Assembly: GCA_020137815.1 (NCBI GenBank)
Contig: CM035357.1
Span: 4,402,001 to 4,466,000, forward strand
Direction of reading: 5' to 3'
From: Hormiphora californensis
Taxonomy: Eukaryota; Animalia; Ctenophora
DNA: 64,000 nucleotides
Shown in pieces: positions 1-11,788 of this stretch. Made by a program: the position numbers and the translations under genes. Below the pieces are notes generated by a model that was given only the letters and a program-made list of their open reading frames with translations, had not been told where the DNA came from and did not search any database. Positions within the stretch are counted from its first letter, which is position 1. The number at the start of each line of letters is the position of its first letter.

Positions 1-1124
1 CTCGGATAAGGGTCCGGATAGCTCGGATAAATGTCCGGATAACTCGGATAAGGGTCCGGATAACTCGGATAAATGTCCGGATAACTCGGATAAGGGTCCG
101 GATAACTCGGATAAATGTCCGGATAACTCGAATTTGAGCTCGAATAACTCAAACCTGGCTATATTTAGGTCATTTTTGGGTTATCCAAATCAATTCTTGT
201 TATGTTCTAACTGCAGAGTGCACGGAAAGAGGGTCGAGCAAGGCAAATCCATTCTAAGCTATTTCTTTATCATTTAGGTCAGCTATATACCATTTCTGGG
301 TTATTTCTATGTTGGTTTGTCCAATTTTTGTGCCTATCTGAAACATTCAGGTCAATTCAAGATACTTCAAGGTCTCAAAAGGCTAAAAGGCCCCCTCCCC
401 CCACAGCAAATGAAATTGAAGTGCCAGAAAGAGCCTATTGAAACATTAAAGTAGATATTGAATTGACATGAATGTACCAAAAACGCACAAATTGGACAAA
501 CCAACAAAAAAAACACTCAGAAATGGTATACAGCTGACCTAAATGATAAACATAGAAATAGCTTGGAATTGATTTGCCTTGCTCGACCCTCTTTCCGTGC
601 ACTCTGCAATTAGAACATAACAAAAACTGATGTGGATAACCCAAAAATGACCTAAATATAGCTATCCGAGTTATCCGGACATTTATCCGAGTTATCCGGA
701 CCCTTATCCGAGATATCCGGACATTTATCCGAGTTATCCGGACATTTATCCGAGTTATCCGGACCCTTATCCGAGTTATCCGGACATTTATCCGAGTTAT
801 CCGGACATTTATCCGAGTTATCCGGACCCTTATCCGAGTTATCCGGACATTTATCCGAGTTATCCGGACCCTTATCCGAGTTATCCGGACCCTTATCCGA
901 GTTATCCGGACCCTTATCCGAGTTATCCGGACCCTTATCCGAGTTATCCGGACATTTATCCGAGTTATCCGGACCCTTATCCGAGTTATCCAAGTTATCC
1001 GGATTTCAGTATCCGAGTTATCCGGAGTCCCATATCCGAGCTTGGTTATCCGGATATCTCGAAAATATCAATTATCCGGACTATCCGGGTTATCCGGGTT
1101 ATCCGGGTTTATACATACCCCCTA
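1..1124. mobile_element. Foldback-type non-autonomous DNA transposon with long inverted arms containing 21-bp tandem subrepeats; left end outside the window
   Basis: ~160-360 is the imperfect reverse complement of ~460-660. The 21-bp unit ctcggataa(ggg/atg)tccggataa occurs at 1-130 and inverted at 663-1000. The right end reads ...cataccccta (TAGGG-type, hAT-like terminus). Confidence 0.7.
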
Positions 1125-1470
1125 ATGAAAAATTTAGTCCAAAAAACAAATTTGGGGAAATTTAACTAGTTTGGATTACCAAGTTAGACTGTTATTGAGT
1201 TTGAACAAAATCGGGAATAAAACATGGTTGTTTTAGACAATATATAGACACCCAAGAGGCGTGCTTTCTGCTTACCGTTCCGTGATATGACGTCAGAACT
1301 GCCAACCATCCATTGATTTCGATCACATCCTGCAACGAGAAAGATAGGTTAAATTTTGCACCCTGGAACTATACAAGCCTCTAGAGTCTAGAGCTCTACT
1401 TGGCTCATTCAATTAAAATGGAAGGGTAATTTCAAATGGTGCCCAGACCCCATTCTATAATACATCCTAC

Positions 1471-1730
1471 AACTAGACCAAAAAACAAAAGAAATTTGTT
1501 TGGAAAACCCGTGGCCTTTTGTCGATACTTGACGCTGCGGGAAATGCACCCATAATCTGAGCTACTAGGTATTGTTGTGCCATCTCTCTCTAAGTTCTAA
1601 CACACGCACATTCTCTCTCTCACTCTTCCACACGTCTTGCTCTGAAGAAGGGTGCAATTCCCGCAGCGTCAAGTATCGACAAAAGGCCACGGGTTTTCCA
1701 AACAAATTTCTTTTGTTTTTTGGTCTAGTT
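1471..1730. mobile_element. MITE with ~80-bp terminal inverted repeats
   Basis: aactagaccaaaaaacaaaagaaatttg...gcaccc (1471-1551) is inverted at 1650-1730. Confidence 0.7.
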
Positions 1731-1756
1731 TCTCAGGATTTTTGTAAACAGGTATC

Positions 1757-2340
1757 ATAAATATGCAAATAACGGCTAAACGGTGTGAGATACGACTTTT
1801 TGTCCGGGGGACGACCCCCCATAAATCGACCATTCTGCGTCGAAATATGTCCATGAAAACTTTCCAGGACGAGAGAAAGTGGAAATATTCCGAATATGCA
1901 TTAAATCATGAATCAGTGCATAAATATGCAAATAACGGCTAAACGGTGCAAGATACGACTTTTTGCCAGGGGGACGACCCCCCATAAATCGACCATTCTG
2001 CGTCGAAATATGTCCATGAAAACTTTCCAGGACGAGCTGAAGTGGAAATATTCAGAATATTCATAAAATCATGAATCGGCGCATAAATATGCAAATAACG
2101 GCTAAACGGTGCGAGATACAACTTTTTGTCCAGGGGACGACCCCCCATAAATCGACCATTCTGCGTCGAAATATGTCCATGAAAACTTTCTAGGACCAGC
2201 TGAAGTGGAAATATTCAGAAAATGCATAAATCATGAATCGGTGCATAAATATGCGAATAACGGCTAAACGGTGCAAGATATGACTTTTTGTCCGGGGGAC
2301 GACCCCCCATAAATCGACTATTCTCCGTCCAATGCGACCA
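1757..2340. repeat. 163-bp tandem repeat, ~3.5 copies plus a degenerate flank, probably internal to a larger non-autonomous element
   Basis: The unit starting ataaatatgcaaataacggctaaacggtg recurs at 1757, 1920, 2083 and 2246. Confidence 0.85.
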
Positions 2341-4033
2341 ATGAAAAGCCATTATCATAAATAGAACTTGAGATATTCAGATATGCATATTGTCATAATT
2401 ATGCGCATATAACTCCTTAACGGTAAAAGTTTGAGAAAATTGTCCCGAGTAAGACCCCCCATAAATCGAATATTTTGCGTCGGTTAGAACCGTTGATTTC
2501 TCTCTAGTATGAGTCATTACCGAGATATTCATAAATTCATACATAAATTATGCATAATTAATGACTTAATGATCTCCAATCAAGATGCCACATACTTTAT
2601 GACACACAGAATAACTAGAGTAACCTAAGTTTAAAATTTCAGGGCTCTAGCTTTAGCTGTTTTTCCAGGCGAATGTTTGCAAAATGGTCGTGCCTTGTAT
2701 GTATAGTGTCTACACAGGGTGTGTTTGGGACCCCCCTCGTAACTTTTGAACGAAACGACCGATTCACTTGAAATTTATATCACTAACAGTAATGGTAGAG
2801 GTACTTATAACTACAAAATTTCAGCTCGCTAGCTTATCGGGAACATGGTCAAACAGGCGCTCAAAAAGGGCGTTTGTCGCATCCGTATGGTATACTGCAC
2901 TGGCCCCCACTGGGGGGGGGGGGGGGTAAATGAATTTCTCGCGCCGGACTTAATTGTTTCAGAGTCATGTTTTGTTATGACTGGGGATATTTTTAATGCT
3001 GGGGGCTGTGCCCCCAGACCCCCCTAAGGCCACGGGGCACTTGCCAGTGCAGTGATTCGTGCCTCACCTTTTGATGTCGTTTACGGGGCTTGTGATCGTG
3101 CTCTAGTTCTAGGTTCACCTCCACACCATTGTTTCCTTCTCACGCCCGTAATATCCGTGACTATAATCTACTCAGCTGCCCCTGTAAGGAGAGATCATAC
3201 TGATAAAATGACAAGTAGAGGTTATAAGCACCGCTGGTAGCCCGCCCTGAGACTCTAATCTTAGAGACTTTGGCTGGCCACCATGGTGATAGATCCCACA
3301 ACCGACCCAACTAAAGGCAAACCCAAACTATGAGCATGACTTGAACTTTGGAGGTTAGAAATATCATATCAGTATAATATATGACTACAGCTCAAACTCA
3401 TAGTATGAGCGTCTAAAATCTGGTCGCGCACAAGTCGCAACAAGGGTCGCACACAACAAGGGTCACATCAAAGTAATAGCTTGGGTTCCCGTTTAAAAGA
3501 TTGATTTAAATTCATGGGATATGGTTTGTAAAAATAATTCTCGTTACAATAATGCATATACACACATACTGACACACTCTGAATGAAACTGTCCGTTTGA
3601 ATTCTTCATTTGTACTCGGATTACCGATAATTAATTAATCAGTTAATTAGTACTGGTTGCGTTTCCTGCTTGATAACTTGATAAAATTGTTCTCGTATTC
3701 CTTCCTGGGATGGGGATGATGGTCGTTAAATCAATAAAATTTGGTCCCTGGGTCCCTGGCAGAGCATTGGCCTGACCCATTCTCGTTCCTCTCAAATTTG
3801 TGTGCGAGAACTGTGGTCAGAGCATTGGCCTGACAGCTGCAGGTCCCTGGGTCCCAGTATCACACTCGGTTTGGGCACATCTCACCCAGCTCTTTGCTCC
3901 CTATTTCACTAACCTCTAGTACATGGTATTGCCCCCCCCCCTCCCCAGTCCCCACGTGTTCAATACCACGTCTAAACTTTGGTAACATAGACACCTGGCG
4001 AGACCCCCTATGTCAACAAGTCTAAACTAACCT

Positions 4034-4456
4034 CTAGTAAGGTCTGTATGATGAACTGGATCTCCTCTCCCCATATCCTCCTCCTCCTCCGTGGTGTCCA
4101 GACCCATGATGATGATGATGCTCCCTGGGGACTACACCCCTGTGAGCTGGCATGTCCCTGGGAATCTCGCCTCTGTGGGTTGGCATGTCCCTACCATAAT
4201 GGTGAGGGTGTTGGTGAGGGGCTCTCTGGTCGTAGTGGGGCATGTTGTACCCCTCTTGTAGTGGTGGTGGTCCAGGAGGGTGGTTGTATATTGTGGGCCG
4301 TGCATTGTTATTGTTGTGTTGATCCTTCACCTTGTTACCAGCACCTGAGGGAGAGGGTAAGGTAACCTGGGAGGGTGAGGGTGTTAACTTGGTAACCTGG
4401 GAGAGTCAGATGTTTGAGGTTTTCATATTTATCCGGCAGGGATGGAGAGGGAGAGG

Positions 4457-4552
<96 letters not shown>

Positions 4553-7500
4553 AGAGAGAGAACCCCCATTTCGATAGTTACCTTTAGTGAAATCGAAGTT
4601 GTACTCTCTTGGTTCATTCCTCACGTATAAATTCACGTACCTTTTCCCTGCAATTTATCTGTGGTCAACTGGTCTTTAGTCTCTCTAGTATGACGTTGAT
4701 ACCAAATAACCAATTAACTAACCAATTAACTGATTAATTAACTAATTAAAATTACTACCAACAGTAGATCAGGGCTACCAACTGATCTACAGTCGGACCC
4801 CGATTTGAATCGGCTTCTCCCGAGGATCCCGGTAAATCGGGGTCCGACGGTAACTGTCAGAGTATTAGCTTGAGCCTATTCTCATTTCTCATTTCTAGCG
4901 AGAACCGCGCCACGGCCCACGGTCATCGCATTGGCCTAACAGGACTCTAATGTAGACTTCGATCTACTCAAGTATTCATTCGAAAGCATCTTCTATAAAA
5001 CCTCAGAAAGCCATACTACAAACATGGTTAACTGACCTAAAAATGCAATATCTTAGATTTTGGTCACAAACAATTAATACAGGGTTTCCCAAAAAGCAAT
5101 GGCCCTCAGGTCAACCTTTTGATGCAATGGAATTGGAAAACAAAATATCGATCGTACTAACTACAGCTCCCTTTTCTCTATATTTTTACTTAATCATGGT
5201 ACGTGACCGTGCCTCGAGGCAACCTAGATCTAGGTTGTCGTCATATGCTATGTCAAAATGTCCAGTTGACTACATACTGCAAGCTTTACTGTCAGTGATT
5301 GGGCAACAGAATTGCATAGAGCACCAGAGATTGGGTGTTCGCAGTATACGGTTAATACCGGTTTCAACTGGATGGCTGCAGAGATCATATCCGTCAACTC
5401 CACCTCACATGTATGTTATATAGACGCTGTCAGACTTAGCCCGCCTGACCTGCCTTCGTGATTGAAGCAAATAGGGTCAGGCAATTGTCTGACAGGGTTC
5501 ACATGATGAGGTGGGGGTGACAGATATAGGAACGATGAAGACATGAAAAAAAAAAAAAAAAAAAAAACTACAGGTCCTTTATTGGCGAAAACACTATCTA
5601 TGCTATGAGGTGACGAAACAAAAAGCCCCTTTAGATGAAACTATAATTTTGGGAAACCCTGCAACTTACAACTTACCCAAACAACCACAACATACGCTAA
5701 TTTAAGTAATATCATTATCAGCGCTGATGAGCCACGAAAATCTTATTTGAATAACGACCAACAGTTACACGCCGGATTACGGCTTACCCCCAAAGGCTTG
5801 CTTTGTTTTGCAGGGGACATGATCAACCCAAAGAGAAGCAAAACGATATCAGCACTGACAAACAAACAAACAAACATCTGATAACGCCCTATTATATAGC
5901 AATCACAAACCCACCAATGGTGCCCTTGTTTTTCCCCATCGCACTCTTCCTATCCTCCTCTGACGCAAAACCAACAACGGCAATTCCTCGATTTTGTCCT
6001 TTCTCATTCTTCAACAACTCAACCCCTGTAGTTCTGAGGGGCTCGAAAAAGGCCCGGACCTCTTCCTCGGTGGAGGTGAATGGGAGGCCGACTGCGTTAA
6101 TCAGGTACTCCCGACCACTACTGCTGCTGGAACCTCTAAACACAAGGGGGGAGGGGGAATCAATCTGGGGGTGGGTCAATCTGGGGGCCGATAGATCAAT
6201 CTGGGGGAGGGTCGATAGATCAATCTGGATTTATATCAATTTATCTAGATTAATGTCACAATATATCAATAGGTATACAATATAAATGTCACGCTGTGCA
6301 GCCATAATGGTTACAACCAGTTTTGATCAGGTTACACCAAATTTTAATCTTTGTAACATGGCGTGCAACACACTCTCTTTTGTAACATATTTTGTAACAT
6401 GTTTTGTGGAACGAATGAAGTTGCTTACCAATCAATTTCAGATAAACCAGGCCCAGTAAAATAACAAAGTATATAATATTATCCCTCGCATTTAATCACA
6501 GTCAGTCATGTCAGTCAACAACTATATCTTCATCAACGTAAACAACTCCCACACCTAAATTCCATTGGGTGGCTATTTTCTAGTAAGCCATCATAGTGGA
6601 TCACATACCTGTAAGCTGCTGGTCCGGGTGACACAACACGGGGTTGTGGGGCATGTCTGTCACTAGCATGATCTAGGACCATGGGACGTTTCCTGCCCTT
6701 CTTCTCCGATTCAGGTGTCTTGGTCGGGGCAGTAGAGGCGGTGGAAGATGATTTGAGGGGTTCCCGCCGCCAATCGCACCGGGAAGATGCTGTTACGGTT
6801 ATAATTGTTGTCGCTCTGTGGGGGGAAGATCAATAGTTATAAATGAGGGGATGAATAATTAAGTGAGGCGGATCAATAATCCATTAATAATTAGAAATGA
6901 TGGCAGATAAATAATTAGAAATACATTACATACCCAGACTCAGCGTTTAGTGGCTGTTTATTATGAGCGAGAGCCTTAGCCGCATCCTTAGTATTCAGGA
7001 ACTCAACGAACGCTTCACCATTACAATCACCCCGGGGAAGGGTAACCAGCTGGACTGCCCGGACCTCGATACCAAAGAAGAAATCAATGATTTCTTGTTT
7101 CTTGGCTTTTAGAGGTAGGTTATCTAGCCTGCAGCGGGGGGAGATCATGTTATGTTATTATACTGAGGGGGGGGGGGTGCAGCCTCAAAAATGGCACACT
7201 TTCTCCGAATAGAGAGGGTCTAGCATAATCAGAATATTTCCCCGAAAAGCCTGCAATTACTTGAGAATGGGTTCCTCCAGATCCTCTGCAGTTTTTGCTA
7301 TCTTTTCAGTTCCTGGGATGGCTTGGAGCCAGTCCGATTTACTAGATTTTGTGACGTCAATATACCTGGATTATTGTAATTAGTGATTATAATTGGTGAT
7401 TTAATTAGTGATTATAATTTCAAATAATGACTGACCAACGTTATGTTTCCGAGCTGGATACCAAAAGAAATTACCCCTGAGGACTGATAAGTGAGGGGTC

Positions 7501-9354
7501 ATTTTCGACCGACTGGGGTAAGTACCGGTGGGCGAGTTTCAACGTGTACTGTATCAACTTTCCGGTTATTCCACCCCTTACTTACTCAACAACTTACCGA
7601 TGGGCGAGTTTCAACTTATATTGTTTGAGTGCTTCTTTAGCGTCCTCCAGAGATCCAAAATCAAGGTAGCAGTCCCCCTTACAGCATCCCTGATCGTTTA
7701 GCACCATCTGAGACAAGGGGGTATTGTATTATAAATTTTAGTCAGGGGGTTTAAAAGTGTCTGAAGTCAGAAGTGGGGTTAGAAGAGTGTCTAAAGAGTA
7801 AAGGGCGTGTTTAGGGAAAAGGGGGGAAATTAATATTCTGTCAGCTGAGAACTTATAATACTACATAATTACACTAATTACCCAGTAATTACCTCAACAG
7901 TTAGAATTTCTAACTTTGGAAAGAATCCTCGGATTTCCTCTTCAGTTGCCCGGTAAGGCAGCCCTTTCAACTTCACTATCGGCTCAGTGATGTTTGTTAA
8001 CACTGAAATACAGAGCTTGGTAGAACGTCGGCTTAGTATAGTATCACCAACCAACCAACCAACCAACACAGGGGTGAGAGTGAACCGAAACAGAATTGTA
8101 CAAGTTTGATGTAGGTAGTAGTGCAGTTCTGGGATCGTGCGTAGGGTACCCGAAAAGGGTTCACGCCCATGGCAACCACTAATCAAATCAAATCAAATCA
8201 ACTTACGATCATTCTGTTTCTTTAACGCCTCATCCATATCACTCTGAGTAGCTTTAAAGACCTGACAAAACCTCTGTCCCATATAGTTCCTATCTTTCGT
8301 CATGGCCAGTTTCACATCGTCAGCTGTAAGGAGCTCAACATAACAAGCCCCGGAAGCAGAGCCATCTCCATTTCGCAGGAAGTGAATGCCACTGAGGGAG
8401 AGGGGATGTTAGGATCTGGGATCTTTCCATGTTAGGGTGTGGGTCTTTCCATATTATGGCATGGAGTTGTTCCAAATTAGGGCATTGGTATTGGCAACAA
8501 TTGGTGTATTTTTGTTGTTACAACTATTAGTACATACTGGTATTTCCCTCCCACTATATCGCAGCCCGCCAGGAACACCGATACGTCCTTATGGAGAGAG
8601 GTAAATGGCATCCCGGTGATCTTGACGTTATAGGTCTCCTCACAGGTAGCGTTATCTGGAAGGATTGGAGTTATTATGAAGACAAATTGGGGATTAAAAG
8701 TTATATTTCCCACAACTGAGAAGAACACCCCGAAAAGTCCCAACTAGACACCCAACTAATACCTAGACACCCAACTAATAACTAGACAGCCGACTGAACA
8801 CACAAACCTAGGTTACTAGACACAAACCCCACAAACCTAGGTTACTAGCGAGTGCCTCATCCATTGTATCCCTATCACACTGCGTCACATCAACATATCT
8901 CTCCTTGATAAACTTTTTATGGCACGCCAGCGCAGTTTCCAGGTCCTCCTCACTCAGCAGTTCCACAAAGGCTTCGTTACTCTTTCCCGAGTTGTTGATG
9001 ACAAAGTGAATGCCAGTGTTCTTGCCTCCCTGGATGTCACACCCGGCAAAGAACTCAGCCATGTCCTGGAGTGGGGGGGGGTTGGAAGAGGGAGTTTTGG
9101 AGTTAGATTTGGGGGTTAGAATGCGGAGAATTAGACTAGCGGGGTGGTGGAGGGAGGTTTGGGGTTAGATATTCTGAAGATCGGGTACAAACTAAACATC
9201 TTTCTAGTTAATAAAATATAGTGAGGGGGGGGGGTCAACTCTTTACCTGAGTGGTAGTATTGTAAGCAAATCCTTTAGCTCGGACAATGTAATCCTCTCC
9301 ATTGTCGGGTGTTCCACTCTTGGATTCCTGGTCCTCTGATGTCCACATGGCCAT
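4034..9354 (-). CDS. Multi-exon RNA-binding protein with five quasi-RRMs (hnRNP F/H-GRSF1-ESRP-RBM12 family) and a Pro/His/Gly/Arg low-complexity tail
   Basis: About 12 GT-AG exons join in frame: MAMWTSED..YIVRAKGFAYNTTTQ/DMAEFFAGCDIQGG..GIHF..EAFVEL..ERYVDV; VKITGMPF..GIHFL..ACYVEL..MGQRFCQVF; VKLKGLPY..GDCYLDF..HRYIDV; LDNLPLKA..GEAFVEF; NAVGLPF..TIGKRYVNLY; last exon ends ...SSYRPY*. Confidence 0.85.
4790..4850. mobile_element. Short deletion derivative of the CAGTCGGACCCCGATTTA MITE family (pogo/Tc1-mariner-like)
   Basis: Same termini as 51997-52753 and 60967-61138, flanked by TA. Confidence 0.65.
5080..5661. mobile_element. Tc1/mariner-like MITE in an intron
   Basis: TIR cagggtttcccaaaa / ttttgggaaaccctg, with TA on the left and CA on the right. 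Confidence 0.6.
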
Positions 9355-9824
9355 CTAGGGAGCTGGCAGCTAAAGGAGAGAGGGTGAGGGGAGACGGGAG
9401 CTATAACAAGACTCTCATCGAAAGAGAAATCTAAAACAAGGGAGGGAGGTAGGGAGGGGAGGAAGTGGGAAGGATAGGAACTAAAATACACGGGGGGGGG
9501 GGGGCAAGGTTTGAAAATAGTTTGGGAGCTGATTGGTTGGAAAGAAGAACTGGAGGCAAAAGAAAAACAACTGTTGAATTTTAAACCCAATTTAAATTTT
9601 CAAGCACGTTGAACCATGCAAATTAAATATATCTGAATTAAAACCCAAGAGAAACATTCAAAATGAGTTAAAAAGTCACATAAGATTTTAAAATCATTAT
9701 TTTTACCCACGCAAAGAGAGCTACGATTTAATTTTTTTGAAATTTAAAATTTTTCAGTTTTGTTTTCCGATCTACAGAAACTATTCTATTTCACCAATTC
9801 TCTATATCTTTCTAAGACCCTGAT

Positions 9825-10021
9825 CTAGTGAGCGGGTTTCTTGGCGTCCTCAGCTTTCTTGTGCTTGTCCTCGTTCTTCAGATTTGTTGCAATCTTTCTT
9901 GTGTGGTCCTGACTGGTACCTGTTAACATAATGTTATTAATCATTCGGCAACGAAGTTACCCTTTCCTTGCCAGCGTACGAAGGGGTTATTTCGTAACAA
10001 AAACCATCATGGATGGAAGAG

Positions 10022-10075
<54 letters not shown>

Positions 10076-10332
10076 CCCTTCTTACTTTGTTCCTTGTGTT
10101 GAGCGGCACCCTTCTTGCTACCATGTTTCCTCCCTTTATCTCCCTGGAAATCTTCGTAGTTGTATTCTTCGTACTTATCCATTACCTGGGGAAGGGTTGA
10201 TTACTCAACAACTGGTGACAGAGGGATCCGGTAGGCTCCAGGATGCGTCTTCATTTGATAAGGCGTGGTGGAACTTACTTCTTCTTCTAGAGCTGCGGCT
10301 TGAACTGCGACACCAGAGATGGGACTTGCCAT
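9825..10332 (-). CDS. NUPR1: Nuclear protein 1 / p8-family small protein (82 aa)
   Basis: Exons 10332-10279, 10185-10086 and 9919-9825 give MASPISGVAVQAAALEEEVMDKYEEYNYEDFQGDKGRKHGSKKGAAQHKEQSTSQDHTRKIATNLKNEDKHKKAEDAKKPAH*. This matches the p8 pattern D-x-YE-x-YN...K-x-A-xx-H...H-x-RKI-x-T-x-L-x-N. Confidence 0.75.
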
Positions 10333-10594
10333 ACAATCCTAAACACAATCCGAACATGATGGAATTATTAGTTTTGGAAACGGGGCCGGGGAGGGGACGA
10401 TATTAGTTGGGAAAATTAAATGGGACGTTAGTTAATCGTTTACAACAGAGTTAAAACTTGAAAATAACTTACATAAGAGAATAAATACGCCTACTTCAGT
10501 CAATAATAATGAGGGAACTGAATTCTACCTTCGGTATGATCTGTTGATTCTCATGGTGCGCTCAGATCAGGTCGGCAGACAACTAACACATGAA

Positions 10595-10603
10595 TATATA
10601 TAA
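10595..10603 (-). promoter_or_regulatory. Candidate TATA box upstream of a possible short leader exon (donor after 10529) of NUPR1
   Basis: ttatatata on the minus strand, ~40 nt upstream of ATG 10554 and a GAAG|gtagaa donor. Confidence 0.3.
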
Positions 10604-10808
10604 GAACTTATGAAAATATTGTAAAGATCACTGTTTGGAAAGTTAAAAACTGTCAACTGATGTGTAATTAGAGCGTCTCTGGTCTGGCAGTCTCTTATTT
10701 TTGATTGAAGTCGTCTGAAATTCGGTGTTGGGGTAGGGTTCCACCCTCAGGGGAAGTTCCCCGTTTCACCCTCAGGGGAGTTTCCGCCCTCCGGGGGAGA
10801 TTTCACCC

Positions 10809-11312
10809 TCAGTGGACAATTTGCGGGAGGGGTTCCGCTTTAATGGTGGACAATCCAAGGTTATTGTCTATCTCCTGGTCAATCTCCCCCACACATGCTC
10901 TATAAGGAGAGAAATGGGGGTTACACACGCTCCCATATATGGTCATAAACACGCTCCCATACTCAAACATGGTCATAAACACGCTCCAATACCCATATTA
11001 TGGTCATACCCATATACGGTCATGATACTTACACGTTATCCCCTCTGACAAGGTAAAGACCAAGAGGAACCTCTTCTACACCCTGATTTCCTGAGAAAAC
11101 TCGCTCACGGGCATCGTCTAGTATCAAGTTTACTGTCTGGTCGAATCCCTTTAGTGTTCCTAAGAGAGAGGAGATGTGGTAAGAAAATACAGTCGGGCCC
11201 AAAATTAATCCAAAATTAACAGCCCTCTACTCCCCAACTTACCGACAATAATGCGTCCATCACCAGTGGCAACCAGAGTCATCTTCCCAACAACATCTTC
11301 CAAACTTGACAT
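10809..11312 (-). CDS. LSM8: U6 snRNA-associated Sm-like protein LSm8 (95 aa)
   Basis: Exons 11312-11243, 11159-11033 and 10899-10809 give MSSLEDVVGKMTLVATGDGRIIVGTLKGFDQTVNLILDDARERVFSGNQGVEEVPLGLYLVRGDNVACVGEIDQEIDNNLGLSTIKAEPLPQIVH*. Confidence 0.95.
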
Positions 11313-11542
11313 TATACAGAGCTAGAAAAGATGCAGTTATAAAATTGGGGTTTTAAATAGGCCAAAGAAAAATCGGGGGGATAAGTGGAAAAATTGACAA
11401 AATCAAATGGAATTAAAAATAGCAATGCATACATACACTTGAATCTTCAGCATAGTGAGTGTCCCCGCAGAGGTCTACCACTGTGCTGTGCAGTAAATCA
11501 CGACTCAAAATCAACAATATAAAAAGCTTCTAAACGATATGA

Positions 11543-11666
11543 TAAAGTGCGTTTCAAACGACTTGACCCGTAATTCTTGGAATTGGGCGCATTGCGCGTG
11601 TATTTACAAAGGGGAAATCCTGAATTTCCAGGAATCTCAGGTCAAGTCGTTTGAAACGCACTTTAA
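11543..11666. mobile_element. Small MITE/hairpin between TTC38 and LSM8
   Basis: taaagtgcgtttcaaacgacttgacc ... ggtcaagtcgtttgaaacgcacttta inverted repeat. Confidence 0.55.
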
Positions 11667-11788
11667 CTACCGTACGCTACACAAAAACCTTGTAACGATT
11701 CAAATCCTCAATATTCAGTTTTCAAAAAAACCAACTACAATACTACATGAAACCTTCCGCAAACTAAACCCATCAATTGACTAAAACC

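Noticed and set aside
652-993. 113-aa DNSDKGP-repeat protein
   Set aside because: Translation of the 21-bp subrepeat of a foldback element.
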